This document shows, one piece after another, positions 35,341-44,422 of a DNA stretch of 64,000 bases (position 1 is its first letter; each line of letters opens with the position of its first letter). The stretch is taken from contig JBCCIC010000001.1 in the NCBI GenBank assembly GCA_039028435.1, positions 204,240 to 268,239 on the forward strand, written 5' to 3'. The notes below the pieces were generated by a model. The model searched no databases. It saw only the letters and a program-made list of their open reading frames with translations, and was not told the origin of the DNA. The position numbers and the translations under genes are program-made. This DNA comes from Actinomycetota bacterium (GTDB lineage Bacteria > Actinomycetota > Acidimicrobiia > Acidimicrobiales > UBA10347).

Positions 35341-36740
35341 CCCGGACTGCGCCGCGCTTCCAACGCCTCGGTCGCGACCACCCGATCGTCGAACGGCGTC
35401 GATTCACCGGCCTGAGTCAGCGTGCGCTCGTGACCCTTCCCGAGTAGCAACACGACGTCACCTGCTTCGGCCACCTCGATCGCCCGCGTGATGGCGAGGC
35501 GACGGTCGGGCTCCTCGACGACTTCGGCGGAACCAACCTCGACGCCACGCGCGACCTCGGAGGTGATCCGCGCCGGGTCCTCGCTACGAGGATTGTCCGA
35601 GGTGACGTAGACGAGGTCCGCGTCGGACGCAGCTGCGCCCATATCCGTCCGCTTCGTTCGATCGCGATCGCCGCCCGCACCGACGACGACGATCACCCGT
35701 CCCCCGGCGGTAGCTCGTCCCGCTCGCACCGCGGCACCTATCCCCTGGGGTGTGTGGGCGAAGTCGACGTAGACCGTCGGCTCATCCTTCCCGGTGGGTA
35801 CCCGTTCGAGCCGCCCGGGCGGCATGATCGCGGACGCCAGGCCGGCGACGATGTCTTCGGTCCTCACACCAAGCACCCGCGCGCAGGCGGCCGCAACGAG
35901 CGCGTTCGACACGTTGTGCCTGCCCGTGACCGGAAGTTCGATCGAGGTGGCGGCTGCCCTGAGACCAAGACCGATGGCCGAGAACCGGCATCGGTCGCCG
36001 TGGAGTTCGATATCGGTGGCTCGCAGATCGGCGTCGCCATCCGGGTCGCACGAGACAGTCGTGCGACCGTCGTGGTCCAGCCGCTCGGCAAGGCGTCTTC
36101 CCCAAGATCCGTCGACCACCACCACGCCGTGTTCCGACCGCTCGTCGAACAAGGTCGCCTTGGTCTCGAAGTAGTTCTCCATCGATCCGTGCACATCGAG
36201 ATGCTCGTGCGCCAGGTTGGTGAAGGCGGTGACGGCGAAACGGCACGCGTCGGCGTGATGGCCGTGCAGCGAGGTCGACGTGACCTCGATCGACAGGGCA
36301 TCGACATCGAGGTCCACGAGCTCGCCGAGCAATCGATGCAGGTCGGCGGCCATCGCCGCGCCGGCTTGGTCGACCGTCAGCGGACGTCCGTCAAGGCGGA
36401 CGCCGATCGTGCCGGCGACCGCCGACCGGCGACCGGCAGCACGGAGGATCGAGTCGACCAACCATGTGACCGTGGTCTTGCCATCGGTGCCGGTGACGCC
36501 GACGACATCGATCGACTCCGAGGGGTCGCCGTGCACGTGAGCCGCCAGCTTCGGGACACGAAGCGCCATGTCGGTGAAGACCAGCTGCGGCAACGGCATC
36601 CGCTCCATGGGAACCGTCGTTGCGATCGCACCGGCGCCGCGTCGAACCGCCAACTGGAACTGGTGCTCGAACGACATGTCGCCACGCCGCCGCGGCACGA
36701 ACAGGTCGCCCGGCCGCACGAACTCGGCATTGACCTGCAC
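35337..36740 (-). CDS. murE: Mur ligase, MurE-like (UDP-MurNAc-tripeptide synthetase family), outside any visible dcw cluster
   Basis: VRPGDLFV, GVTGTDGKTT, the Mur ligase middle domain and a C-terminal LLLGKGHE...PFDD. Homology-like sequence continues upstream of the GTG at 36740 without an ATG, GTG or TTG. The stop overlaps the convergent Hsp70-like stop (TTAG). Confidence 0.7.
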   Translation of the reverse strand: MQVNAEFVRPGDLFVPRRRGDMSFEHQFQLAVRRGAGAIATTVPMERMPLPQLVFTDMALRVPKLAAHVHGDPSESIDVVGVTGTDGKTTVTWLVDSILRAAGRRSAVAGTIGVRLDGRPLTVDQAGAAMAADLHRLLGELVDLDVDALSIEVTSTSLHGHHADACRFAVTAFTNLAHEHLDVHGSMENYFETKATLFDERSEHGVVVVDGSWGRRLAERLDHDGRTTVSCDPDGDADLRATDIELHGDRCRFSAIGLGLRAAATSIELPVTGRHNVSNALVAAACARVLGVRTEDIVAGLASAIMPPGRLERVPTGKDEPTVYVDFAHTPQGIGAAVRAGRATAGGRVIVVVGAGGDRDRTKRTDMGAAASDADLVYVTSDNPRSEDPARITSEVARGVEVGSAEVVEEPDRRLAITRAIEVAEAGDVVLLLGKGHERTLTQAGESTPFDDRVVATEALEARRSPG

Positions 36741-36859
36741 ATCGCGGATGAATCGACGTCGGGCCTCGTCGCGGTCGATCCCCGAGAGTTCGCCTCGGCA
36801 AACCGCGGCCAGCCCAGCCAGCGTGGCACCCCGCGAGCGAGGTGGGTGGTCCGGCTTCG

Positions 36860-37714
36860 TCAGAGCAGGCCTGCGGTGAAGTTGCTCATGTCCTCGGCCA
36901 GGTTCTCGCTGCGGAAGAACAAGAACGCCGGTACGAACATGCGGTCCACGCCCATCGACTCGAGCTCCTCGACTGCGGCCCGCGGGTCCGAAGTCAGCTG
37001 CGCGGCACCCGCGGTGACCTCGATGTCGGCCGCATCGCGACCCTCGTCGGCCGCGGTCTGGCGCATGATGTCGATCAACTCGGCCAGATCGCCTGTGCCG
37101 GGGAAGAAGCCGTCGCCGATCCGACCGGCCCGCTTGGCCGCCGCGGCGGAGTGTCCGCCGACATGGATCGGCACGGTGGTGCCATGCGGCTTGGGGTTCG
37201 ACGACACGCCGTCGTAGTGGACGAACTCGCCGTCGTAGGAAACGTCATCGTGTGCCCAGAGCGCCCGCATGACGTCCATGTACTCATCGGTGCGCTTGCC
37301 GCGACGCTCCCACGGAATGCCGAGGGCGTCGAACTCCTCGCGCAGCCACCCGACGCCGATGCCGAGCATCACGCGACCCTCGGTCAACGCGTCGACGGTG
37401 GCGACTTCCTTGGCCAACACGGCCGGGTTGCGTTGCGGGAGGATGAGGATCCCGGTGCCGAGCTTGAGCTCACTCGTGGTCGCACCGATGAACGACAGCC
37501 ACGCCATCGGATCGGGGATCGGGCTGTCACCGCTTCCGGGCATCTTGCCGGTGGGCGAATACGGATACGTCGACTCATAGCCCTCGGGATAGAGCACGTG
37601 CTCGACCGTCCACACCGACTCGAAGCCCGCCGCCTCGGCCGCCGGTCCGAGCGCCCGTGCCCCCGGTCCGGACGCGAACGGTCCCGTATTGGCGAATCCC
37701 AACGCAAGTTTCAT
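36860..37714 (-). CDS. Luciferase-like monooxygenase (LLM) family oxidoreductase, probably F420-dependent
   Basis: MKLALGFANTGPF...ESVWTVEHV...GTGILILPQRNPAVLAKEVATVDALTEGRVMLGIGVGW. I chose the internal ATG because the upstream ORF part is Arg-rich. Confidence 0.75.
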   Translation of the reverse strand: MKLALGFANTGPFASGPGARALGPAAEAAGFESVWTVEHVLYPEGYESTYPYSPTGKMPGSGDSPIPDPMAWLSFIGATTSELKLGTGILILPQRNPAVLAKEVATVDALTEGRVMLGIGVGWLREEFDALGIPWERRGKRTDEYMDVMRALWAHDDVSYDGEFVHYDGVSSNPKPHGTTVPIHVGGHSAAAAKRAGRIGDGFFPGTGDLAELIDIMRQTAADEGRDAADIEVTAGAAQLTSDPRAAVEELESMGVDRMFVPAFLFFRSENLAEDMSNFTAGLL

Positions 37715-37758
37715 GCCGGTGACGCTAGTGCGTCGCCACGCAGCACGAGGCCGTCGGG

Positions 37759-38055
37759 CTACGCGCAGTTGAAGCGGAGGCCCAGGCTGTTCGGGTTTTG
37801 GCCCGCGGGACCGAACACCGTCAGACGATCGACGTTGGCGTTCAAACCAGGGATCAGGTTCCGATGGCGTTGTTGAGCCCCGGGTTGATGGGCAAGCCAC
37901 CAGCGCTGTACGAGCAACAGCCATTCGCCGACACGCCGGACACGCCGGCATTGCTCCCGCAGCCCTCGGACGCTACCCGCGCTGAACCGACGGCCGGTAG
38001 CCGAGCTATGCGACGTGAGCCCCATCGCCTGACCGATCGTCACGGCCAGTTTCAT
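37759..38055 (-). pseudogene. Possible frameshifted paralogue of the small secreted protein at 38102..38584
   Basis: The C-terminus ...LTVFGPAGQNPNSLGLRFNCA resembles ...GGTTVFKFTCT of the neighbour. The middle reads sensibly only in another frame (VASEGCGSNAGVSGVSANGCCSYSAGGLPINPGLNNAIG), so at least two frame changes are needed. Confidence 0.3.
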
Positions 38056-38101
38056 GCCGTCGAGGCCCTTTGGCGCCGCAGAAACGACACCGAAGCGACA
38101 A

Positions 38102-38584
38102 TCAGGTGCAGGTGAACTTGAAAACCGTCGTGCCGCCCGGATTCTGCAGGAGCCTCACCGCGGAACAGCCGACGAACCCGGGAACCGCCTTGGGCAGACT
38201 GTAGTTGATGCCCTGATCAGCGCCGCCATTGCGGCAGACGAGTGACGCAGCACCGCCGTCAGCGGCATTCCAGGCAACATCGCCGCCGCCGTTGAGCGTG
38301 GGGGTTATGGCTGCGATGATCGGTGAGCTCGCCCCGCCGGTGTTCGCACTGATCTGAATGTTGCCGGCACCGCCGTTGAACGCGGCGCTGAATGTTCCGG
38401 TCCCCATGACAGAAACCGACGCGTTGAACGGTCCACCGCTGCCAGCCGCGGCGTAGTTCGGACGTAGCGACAGGCCCTCGATCTTGGGGGCAGACCACAC
38501 CACACCGGCGATGGCGGCACCCGCGGCCGTCTTCTTGATCATGTCCCGGCGATTCACCGTCTCCGGCTCATCCACGTGCGTCAT
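38102..38584 (-). CDS. Small Tat-exported Gly/Asn/Ala-rich protein
   Basis: Twin-arginine signal NRRDMIKKTAAGAAIAGVVWSAP. The mature part is about 125 aa with no recognised family. Confidence 0.6.
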   Translation of the reverse strand: MTHVDEPETVNRRDMIKKTAAGAAIAGVVWSAPKIEGLSLRPNYAAAGSGGPFNASVSVMGTGTFSAAFNGGAGNIQISANTGGASSPIIAAITPTLNGGGDVAWNAADGGAASLVCRNGGADQGINYSLPKAVPGFVGCSAVRLLQNPGGTTVFKFTCT

Positions 38585-38786
38585 CAGCCCAACTCCCTCA
38601 GCGCTCCCGCAGCCCAGAAACCCTACCAGCTTTGAGACTCGGGGTCGACACCCGAATGGTCACCGGAACCATCGGCCCAGAAGCCCCGGTTCGCTGTCCA
38701 ACCCGAGCCACTGCCAACGCCATCGCACCTGTCCTCCCTGCGAGAACGCGACTACGTTCGTGCGTCGACCCGACCGAGGAGTGCCC

Positions 38787-40295
38787 GTGTACACCCTGCG
38801 CGATCCGCTGAAGCGAGCCGAAGCCCTCTTCCCCGACCGCACTGCGGTCGTGTGCGAGGACACGCGGCGCAGCTATGTCGAACTCGCCGGCCGCATTCGT
38901 CAGGTCGCCGGACTGCTCGAGTCCATGACCGAACCGGGCGATCGGGTGGCGCTGTGGGCGGCCAACAGCGATCGCTATCTTGAGCTGTTCATCGGCGTCC
39001 CCTGCGCGAACCGGGCGATCGTGCCCCACAACACCCGATGGGCCGAACCCGAGCTCGTGTACGCCACCGAAGACGCGGGCGCCAAGATCCTGATCTGCGA
39101 TCGCGACCCGGGCGGGCTGGCGAACAGTGTCGAGCGCGTGATCCGTCTCGACACCGGCGAATACGACGCCCTGCTCGCCGAAGCGCCCGAGGCCGAACCG
39201 ACCATTGCGCCGGACACGTTGGCCGGGCTCTTCTACACCGGCGGCACGACCGGCGCGTCGAAGGGCGTCATGCTCACCCATCAGAATCTGATGGCCAACG
39301 CCGTGCACACCCAGCTCGCCCAGCCGATGCTGGAGGACGACGTCTACCTCACCATGGCGCCCATGTTCCATGCCGCGGGCATCTACTGCGCCATGTCACT
39401 GATGTGGGTGGGCGGCATCAACGTGATCCTGCCTGCATTCGTGCCGGGCAACGTCCTCGACGTGATCGAGGGACACCGCATCACGTGCGCGATCGCCGTG
39501 CCGTCGATGTTGGCGGCGATGATCGAGGCGCAACGGCCGAGCCCGCGCGACGTCTCTTCGCTTCGCTGGATCTCCCACGGCGCCTCGCCCATTGCGCTCG
39601 AAACGCTCAAGTCGGCCGACGAGCTGTTCGGCTGCGAGCTCATCCACTTGTATGGCGCAACCGAGCTCTCGCCGCTCGCGACCATCTTCCGCCACGAGGA
39701 CCGGTTCCTCGGAGACCCGAAGCGTGCCAAGTCGTGCGGCACCGCTCCCCCGGGCGTGAACCTCGAGATCCGTGACAAGGACGGTGCACGCTTGCCGGCG
39801 GGCCAGCCCGGCGAGGTCACGGTGCAGGGACCCAACGTCATGCTCGGCTACTGGAACAAGCCCGAGCAGACCGCCGACGTGCTCACCGATGACGGCTGGT
39901 ACTCGACGGGCGACGTCGGCTACCTCGACGACGAGGGCTACCTCTATCTGGTCGACCGCAGCAAGGACATGATCGTGTCCGGCGGCGAGAACGTGTATTG
40001 CACCGAGGTCGAAGACGCGATCTATACGCACCCCGGGGTGCTCGAGGCCACGGTCTTCGGCATCCCCGACGAGCAATGGGGCGAGGCCGTGCACGCTGTG
40101 GTGGTGCCGCGCGAGGGCGTGGAGATCGACGAAGCGACCGTGATCGAGCATTGCCGCACCCAGATCGGCGGTTACAAGGTGCCCAAGTCGGTGAGCTTTC
40201 AGAGCGACGAGCTGCCCAAGTCCGGCCCGGGCAAGGTCCTCAAGCGCGACCTGCGCGCACCCTTCTGGGAAGGCAAGGAACGCCAGATCAACTAG
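38787..40295 (+). CDS. AMP-dependent acyl-CoA synthetase/ligase (FadD-like)
   Basis: LFYTGGTTGASKGVMLTH (AMP-binding box), YGATE, TGDVGYLDDEGYLYLVDRSKD and KVPK. GTG start after GAGGAG. The 5' 101 codons of the ORF track entry were discarded. Confidence 0.85.
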   Translation: MYTLRDPLKRAEALFPDRTAVVCEDTRRSYVELAGRIRQVAGLLESMTEPGDRVALWAANSDRYLELFIGVPCANRAIVPHNTRWAEPELVYATEDAGAKILICDRDPGGLANSVERVIRLDTGEYDALLAEAPEAEPTIAPDTLAGLFYTGGTTGASKGVMLTHQNLMANAVHTQLAQPMLEDDVYLTMAPMFHAAGIYCAMSLMWVGGINVILPAFVPGNVLDVIEGHRITCAIAVPSMLAAMIEAQRPSPRDVSSLRWISHGASPIALETLKSADELFGCELIHLYGATELSPLATIFRHEDRFLGDPKRAKSCGTAPPGVNLEIRDKDGARLPAGQPGEVTVQGPNVMLGYWNKPEQTADVLTDDGWYSTGDVGYLDDEGYLYLVDRSKDMIVSGGENVYCTEVEDAIYTHPGVLEATVFGIPDEQWGEAVHAVVVPREGVEIDEATVIEHCRTQIGGYKVPKSVSFQSDELPKSGPGKVLKRDLRAPFWEGKERQIN

Positions 40296-40297
40296 CC

Positions 40298-40383
40298 GGG
40301 GTCAGACTGGTTCAGACTTTCGGGGTCAGACCCCTTCAAGGTTGACCCCTTCAAGGTTGGGGTCGGACTGGTTCAGACTTGCC
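40298..40383. repeat. Composite intergenic repeat block (units a-b-b'-a') containing the palindrome GGGGTCAGACCCC
   Basis: a = GGGGTCAGACTGGTTCAGACTT (40298-40319, repeated at 40359-40380 with 1 mismatch). b = GGGGTCAGACCCCTTCAAGGTT (40322-40343). The block starts 2 nt after the FadD stop. Inverted copies lie at 43593-43661. Confidence 0.85.
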
Positions 40384-40421
40384 GATATCGAACCAGGTTT
40401 GATGTCACGACAGGAGGGCCC

Positions 40422-41426
40422 ATGTCGACGGTTGCGATGACGGTGGAGGAGATCCGCCGGCTGGCGTTCGACTGCTTGGTCGCGGCCGGCGCTGACGATG
40501 CCAATGCCTCGGCGGTCGCTGCGACGCTGGCGGCGGCCGAGCGCGACGGTGCTGTGTCGCACGGGTTGTTCCGACTTCCGGGTCACCTGATTTCGCTCAA
40601 GAGCGGGAAGGTCAACGGAGCAGCCCGACCCAAAGAGGAGACGCTGACCGCCGCGGCGATCCGCCTCGACGGTGACCGCGGGTTCGCGCCGTTGGCGTTC
40701 GATCACGGCCTGCCGCTGCTTGCCGATGCCGCCGATGAGCTCGGCGTGGGCGTGCTGCTGATCCGCAACAGCTTCCACTTCTACGCGCTGTGGCCCGAGG
40801 TCGAGGCCCTGGCCGAACGGAACCTGGTGGGCCTCGCCTGCACCGTCCATACACCGATGGTCGCCCCGTTCGGGGCCAAGCGAGCCTTCTTCTCGACGAA
40901 CCCGATCTCCTTTGCCTGGCCGCGCGCGGGCGGCGATCCCTATGTCTTCGACATGGCGACCGCGGCCAAGGCACGGGGCGACATCGGCGTGGCCGCCCGG
41001 GATGGCGAACCCCTCGAGCCGGGCGTCGGGCTCGATGCCGAGGGCAATCCCACCACCGACGCCAACGCCGTCCACGACGGCGGCGTGATCCTGCCGTTCG
41101 GTGGCTACAAGGGTTCGGCCATCGCCACGATGATCGAGCTGCTTGCCGCCGGCCTCGTCGGCGACTACTTCTCCTACGAGGCCATCGAGGCGGACAACCG
41201 CGACGGCGGGCCCGCGATCGGCGGTCAGTTCGTCATGGCACTCTCCCCCGAGGTTTTGGCCGGCGAGGGGTGGCAGGACCACGCCGAAGGATTCCTCGGT
41301 GAGCTCGAAGGGATGGAAGGTGTGCGGCTTCCCGGAAGGCGCCGATTCGCCAACCGGCGCGACGAGGGCACTCGCCAGGTCAACGCCGAACTCGTCGCAT
41401 CGCTCCGGGCCGAGCTCACGGACTGA
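40422..41426 (+). CDS. Ldh_2-family (malate/L-lactate/ureidoglycolate-type, DpkA-like) NAD(P)H oxidoreductase
   Basis: 334 aa: AERDGAVSHGLFRLPGH..., NPISFAWP..., DMATAAKARGDI..., PFGGYKGSAIATMIELLA. AGGAGG Shine-Dalgarno. Confidence 0.75.
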   Translation: MSTVAMTVEEIRRLAFDCLVAAGADDANASAVAATLAAAERDGAVSHGLFRLPGHLISLKSGKVNGAARPKEETLTAAAIRLDGDRGFAPLAFDHGLPLLADAADELGVGVLLIRNSFHFYALWPEVEALAERNLVGLACTVHTPMVAPFGAKRAFFSTNPISFAWPRAGGDPYVFDMATAAKARGDIGVAARDGEPLEPGVGLDAEGNPTTDANAVHDGGVILPFGGYKGSAIATMIELLAAGLVGDYFSYEAIEADNRDGGPAIGGQFVMALSPEVLAGEGWQDHAEGFLGELEGMEGVRLPGRRRFANRRDEGTRQVNAELVASLRAELTD

Positions 41427-41479
41427 TCCGCGGCCCGCACCGCCCCTACGGATGAGGATTGGGTCGGTAGTCTCACCGC

Positions 41480-43600
41480 ATGACCAACGGCATTCGGCGG
41501 CTTCTTCTCATCTTCGCGATCGCGCTCATCGCGGCAGCCTGCAACTCCTCCAGCAGCATCGATTCCACGACCGAGGCAGCCGACGAGCCGTCCGAGGCCG
41601 AGACGGAGGCCGAGCCGACAGCGACCCCCGAGCCAGAACCGACCGCAACACCCGAACCGGCGGCTACGGCGACTCCCGAGCCGGAACCGGCCGCTGACGA
41701 CTCCGAGGCCGAAGCGCCGGCCAACGACGTCGACGACTCTGACGCCGACGATGACGACGACCAGCTCGATCCCAATGCGCTCGCCATCCAAGGCGAGATG
41801 ATCGACTGGGTCGACTGCGGGCGGCTCCTCCAGTGCGGCACGGTCGAGGTCCCGATCGACTACAACGATCCGTCGCTCGGCACCATCGACGTCGCCGTGA
41901 ACGTCCGCCGTTCGGAGAACCTCGACGAGCGCATCGGCTACCTGTTCGTGAACCCCGGCGGCCCGGGCGGCCCCGGTACCGATCTCGTGGTCGCGGCCGA
42001 CTTCACCTTCCAGCCCGAACTGCTCGACGCGTTCGACATCATCGGGTTCGATCCACGCGGCACCGGCGGAACCGCACCGACGTTCGCCTGCGGCGTCGGC
42101 ACGGAGCAGTTCCGGGTCCTGCTCGGCATCGAGGAGTACCCGGACACGCCTGAGGAGATCGAGGTCGGCAACGACGCGGCGCAGCTGTGCGTCGAGTCGA
42201 TGGGGCCCCTCGCGACTCGCATGGGCACCCAGGACGTCGTCCGCGACATGGACGAGATCCGCAAGGCGCTCGGCGCCGACCAGATCTCGTACCTGGGCTT
42301 CTCCTACGGGTCGACGATCGGCGGCTGGTATGCGTCGGAGTTCCCCGACAACGTGTACTCGATGGTCGTCGACGGGGCCGGCAACCCGCTGGCCGATTCT
42401 GACGATCTGGAGTCGGCGATCGAGGTCGCCCGCGACACGATCGAGCCGATCCACGCCCAGTTCGAGGCGGCGCTCGCGACCTGTGACAGCGACGCGTGTC
42501 CGATCTGGAACGACGGTGATCCCGAGGGCTACTGGTACGAGGTTGCGCCCAAGATGCAGCTCGTCGCCGACGCCAAGGAGGGCAACGGCCAGGCGATGGT
42601 GCTCGGCCTCGTCGGCCACCTGTACAGCCAGTCGCTCTGGCCGCAGCTCCACCAGTCGATCTTCGACCTCGGCGCGAACGATGATCCGAGCGGCTTCATC
42701 GATGCGATCGACAATGCCGGTTCGGTCGACGAGGCGAGTGTGACCGCCCACATCAACTGCCTCGACAGCTGGGCGCTCTTCCCTGACGAGACGCTTGACG
42801 AGGTCGTCGCCGAGTCCAAGGTGCTCGACGACGACATCGAAGCGGCCATCGAGCCCGACTACCCACTGCTGTTCGCGTTCGAGATCCCCGAGCAAGCGAG
42901 CGCCTGCCTGCACTATGCGTCGATCGGCGCACCGGCGTACGAGGGAACCTATGACGGCGGCGACGTTCCGATCCTCGTCGTCGGCAACACCTCGGACCCC
43001 ATCACGCCGTTCGTGCAGTCGGAGCAGTTTGCCAACGACGTGCTGACCGACGGCCGACTCCTTCGGGTCGAGCATCCGCAGCACGTCGTGTACCCGGGCA
43101 ACCCGTGTGTGGTCGAGTTCGTGCACGCCGCGTTGATCGACCAGGACTTCCCCGATGACGACCCGATCTGTCCGGCGACCGAACAGGCAGGCCTCGCCTC
43201 CGAGGTCGAGCTGGTCGACCTCGAGCTGCCGAACGGTGCCATGACGGTCATCCCCGACGGCTGGCTCGAACTCGGGCCCGGGATCTTCGCTCCGAGTGCC
43301 GATCCGTTGGATCCGGTCGTCGTGGTGTTCCAGCCGACCCAGGGTGACCCGGAGGGTGCATTCGACTTCCTCGTCACGCAGCTCCCGGCTGTTCCTGAGC
43401 TGGTGGTGCAAGACGCCGAGATCGGCGGAGCCCTCTGGGACTTCTACAGCCTCGACGTCCCGATCGAGGAGCTGACGGTCCGGCTGGGTGTCCGCAAGGG
43501 CCCCGACGGGGTGATCATCATCGCCCAGGCGTTCACCGAGGACATCGAACAACTCACCGAGCTGGTCCTCAACCCCATCGTTGAGGCCTACCAACCCTGA
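41480..43600 (+). CDS. Secreted lipoprotein, alpha/beta hydrolase of the tripeptidyl-aminopeptidase (TAP) type, with an acidic linker and a C-terminal extension
   Basis: Lipobox LIAAAC, acidic T/P/E linker, nucleophile elbow GFSYGSTIG and TAP C-terminal block PILVVGNTSDPITPF. The stop codon lies inside the right-hand repeat block. Confidence 0.75.
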   Translation: MTNGIRRLLLIFAIALIAAACNSSSSIDSTTEAADEPSEAETEAEPTATPEPEPTATPEPAATATPEPEPAADDSEAEAPANDVDDSDADDDDDQLDPNALAIQGEMIDWVDCGRLLQCGTVEVPIDYNDPSLGTIDVAVNVRRSENLDERIGYLFVNPGGPGGPGTDLVVAADFTFQPELLDAFDIIGFDPRGTGGTAPTFACGVGTEQFRVLLGIEEYPDTPEEIEVGNDAAQLCVESMGPLATRMGTQDVVRDMDEIRKALGADQISYLGFSYGSTIGGWYASEFPDNVYSMVVDGAGNPLADSDDLESAIEVARDTIEPIHAQFEAALATCDSDACPIWNDGDPEGYWYEVAPKMQLVADAKEGNGQAMVLGLVGHLYSQSLWPQLHQSIFDLGANDDPSGFIDAIDNAGSVDEASVTAHINCLDSWALFPDETLDEVVAESKVLDDDIEAAIEPDYPLLFAFEIPEQASACLHYASIGAPAYEGTYDGGDVPILVVGNTSDPITPFVQSEQFANDVLTDGRLLRVEHPQHVVYPGNPCVVEFVHAALIDQDFPDDDPICPATEQAGLASEVELVDLELPNGAMTVIPDGWLELGPGIFAPSADPLDPVVVVFQPTQGDPEGAFDFLVTQLPAVPELVVQDAEIGGALWDFYSLDVPIEELTVRLGVRKGPDGVIIIAQAFTEDIEQLTELVLNPIVEAYQP

Positions 43601-43661
43601 AGGGGTCTGACCCCAAAGTCTGAACCAGTCTGACCCCCACCTTGAAGGGGTCTGACCCCCC
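43593..43661. repeat. Inverted copy of the 40298-40383 repeat family (rc-b, rc-a, rc-b)
   Basis: AACCCTGAAGGGGTCTGACCCC / AAAGTCTGAACCAGTCTGACCCCC / ACCTTGAAGGGGTCTGACCCCCC. The reverse complement matches the a+b units on the left almost base for base. Confidence 0.85.
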
Positions 43662-43749
43662 GCTGGGCGGTCGCGGCTCGGTCCTTACGAAGTGGACAAC
43701 TGTCGGACGCCGACGGGACCTGCCTGCGGTGCTGTCGTAGGGTCGTGCC

Positions 43750-44397
43750 ATGGGCCGGGCTGTCGCCATCGTCATCCTCATCACCGCGATCGTCGCCATC
43801 GGCTGGGTGGCGTTCAGCAGTGACGACGTCGAAACTGCAGCGGACACACCCACGCCCACTCCCGAGGCCGAACCCGCCGCGTCCGCCGAGCCCGCACCGA
43901 CACCAGCGCCGTTCCCGGAGCCCGAGAACTACGGCCCACGCATGGATCTCGTCAACATCGACGGCTGGCTCCAGACCGACGCGACCTCGATCGACGATTT
44001 CGACGGTCAGGTGCTGCTCGTCGAGATGTGGACCTTCGGCTGCCACAACTGCAAGGCCCGCATCCCCTACAACCAGAGCTACTACGAGGAGTTCGGCGAC
44101 GAGAACTTCGAGATCCTCGGCGTCCACGCTCCCGAGTTCAGCTACGAAGCCGAGGTCCCGGCGATCGAAGCCGCCCTCGAACGCCTCGGCGTGCCTTGGC
44201 CACAGGCCCTCGACACCGACAAGAAGAACTTCCGCGCCTGGCAGCCGGGCACGACCAATTTCTGGCCACGCACCTACGTGATCGACCAGAACGGCGACAT
44301 TCGCTACGACCACATCGGCGAGGGCAAGTACGAGGAGCTGCGGGAGACGATCCGCTACCTGATCGAGAACCCGCCGCCGCCCACGGCCGAGACCTGA
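43750..44397 (+). CDS. Membrane-anchored thioredoxin-fold thiol:disulfide oxidoreductase (TlpA/ResA-like)
   Basis: N-terminal TM helix, WTFGCHNCK (CxxC) and YVIDQNGDIRY. Confidence 0.75.
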   Translation: MGRAVAIVILITAIVAIGWVAFSSDDVETAADTPTPTPEAEPAASAEPAPTPAPFPEPENYGPRMDLVNIDGWLQTDATSIDDFDGQVLLVEMWTFGCHNCKARIPYNQSYYEEFGDENFEILGVHAPEFSYEAEVPAIEAALERLGVPWPQALDTDKKNFRAWQPGTTNFWPRTYVIDQNGDIRYDHIGEGKYEELRETIRYLIENPPPPTAET

Positions 44398-44422
44398 TCC
44401 GACCGTCGCCGGTCGAACCGCG

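Noticed and set aside
33460-35447. 559-aa minus-strand ORF and other long ORFs over the Hsp70-like gene (34215..35291 minus, 34305..35447 plus, 34613..35254 plus)
   Set aside because: They are shadows of the Hsp70-like frame and its Pro-rich tail. Pro/Ala codon runs keep all frames open. Only the plus frame starting at 33574 has the Hsp70 motifs.
41225-43594. 789-aa minus-strand ORF
   Set aside because: It is antisense to the Ldh_2 3' end and the alpha/beta-hydrolase lipoprotein gene, and it has no motifs.
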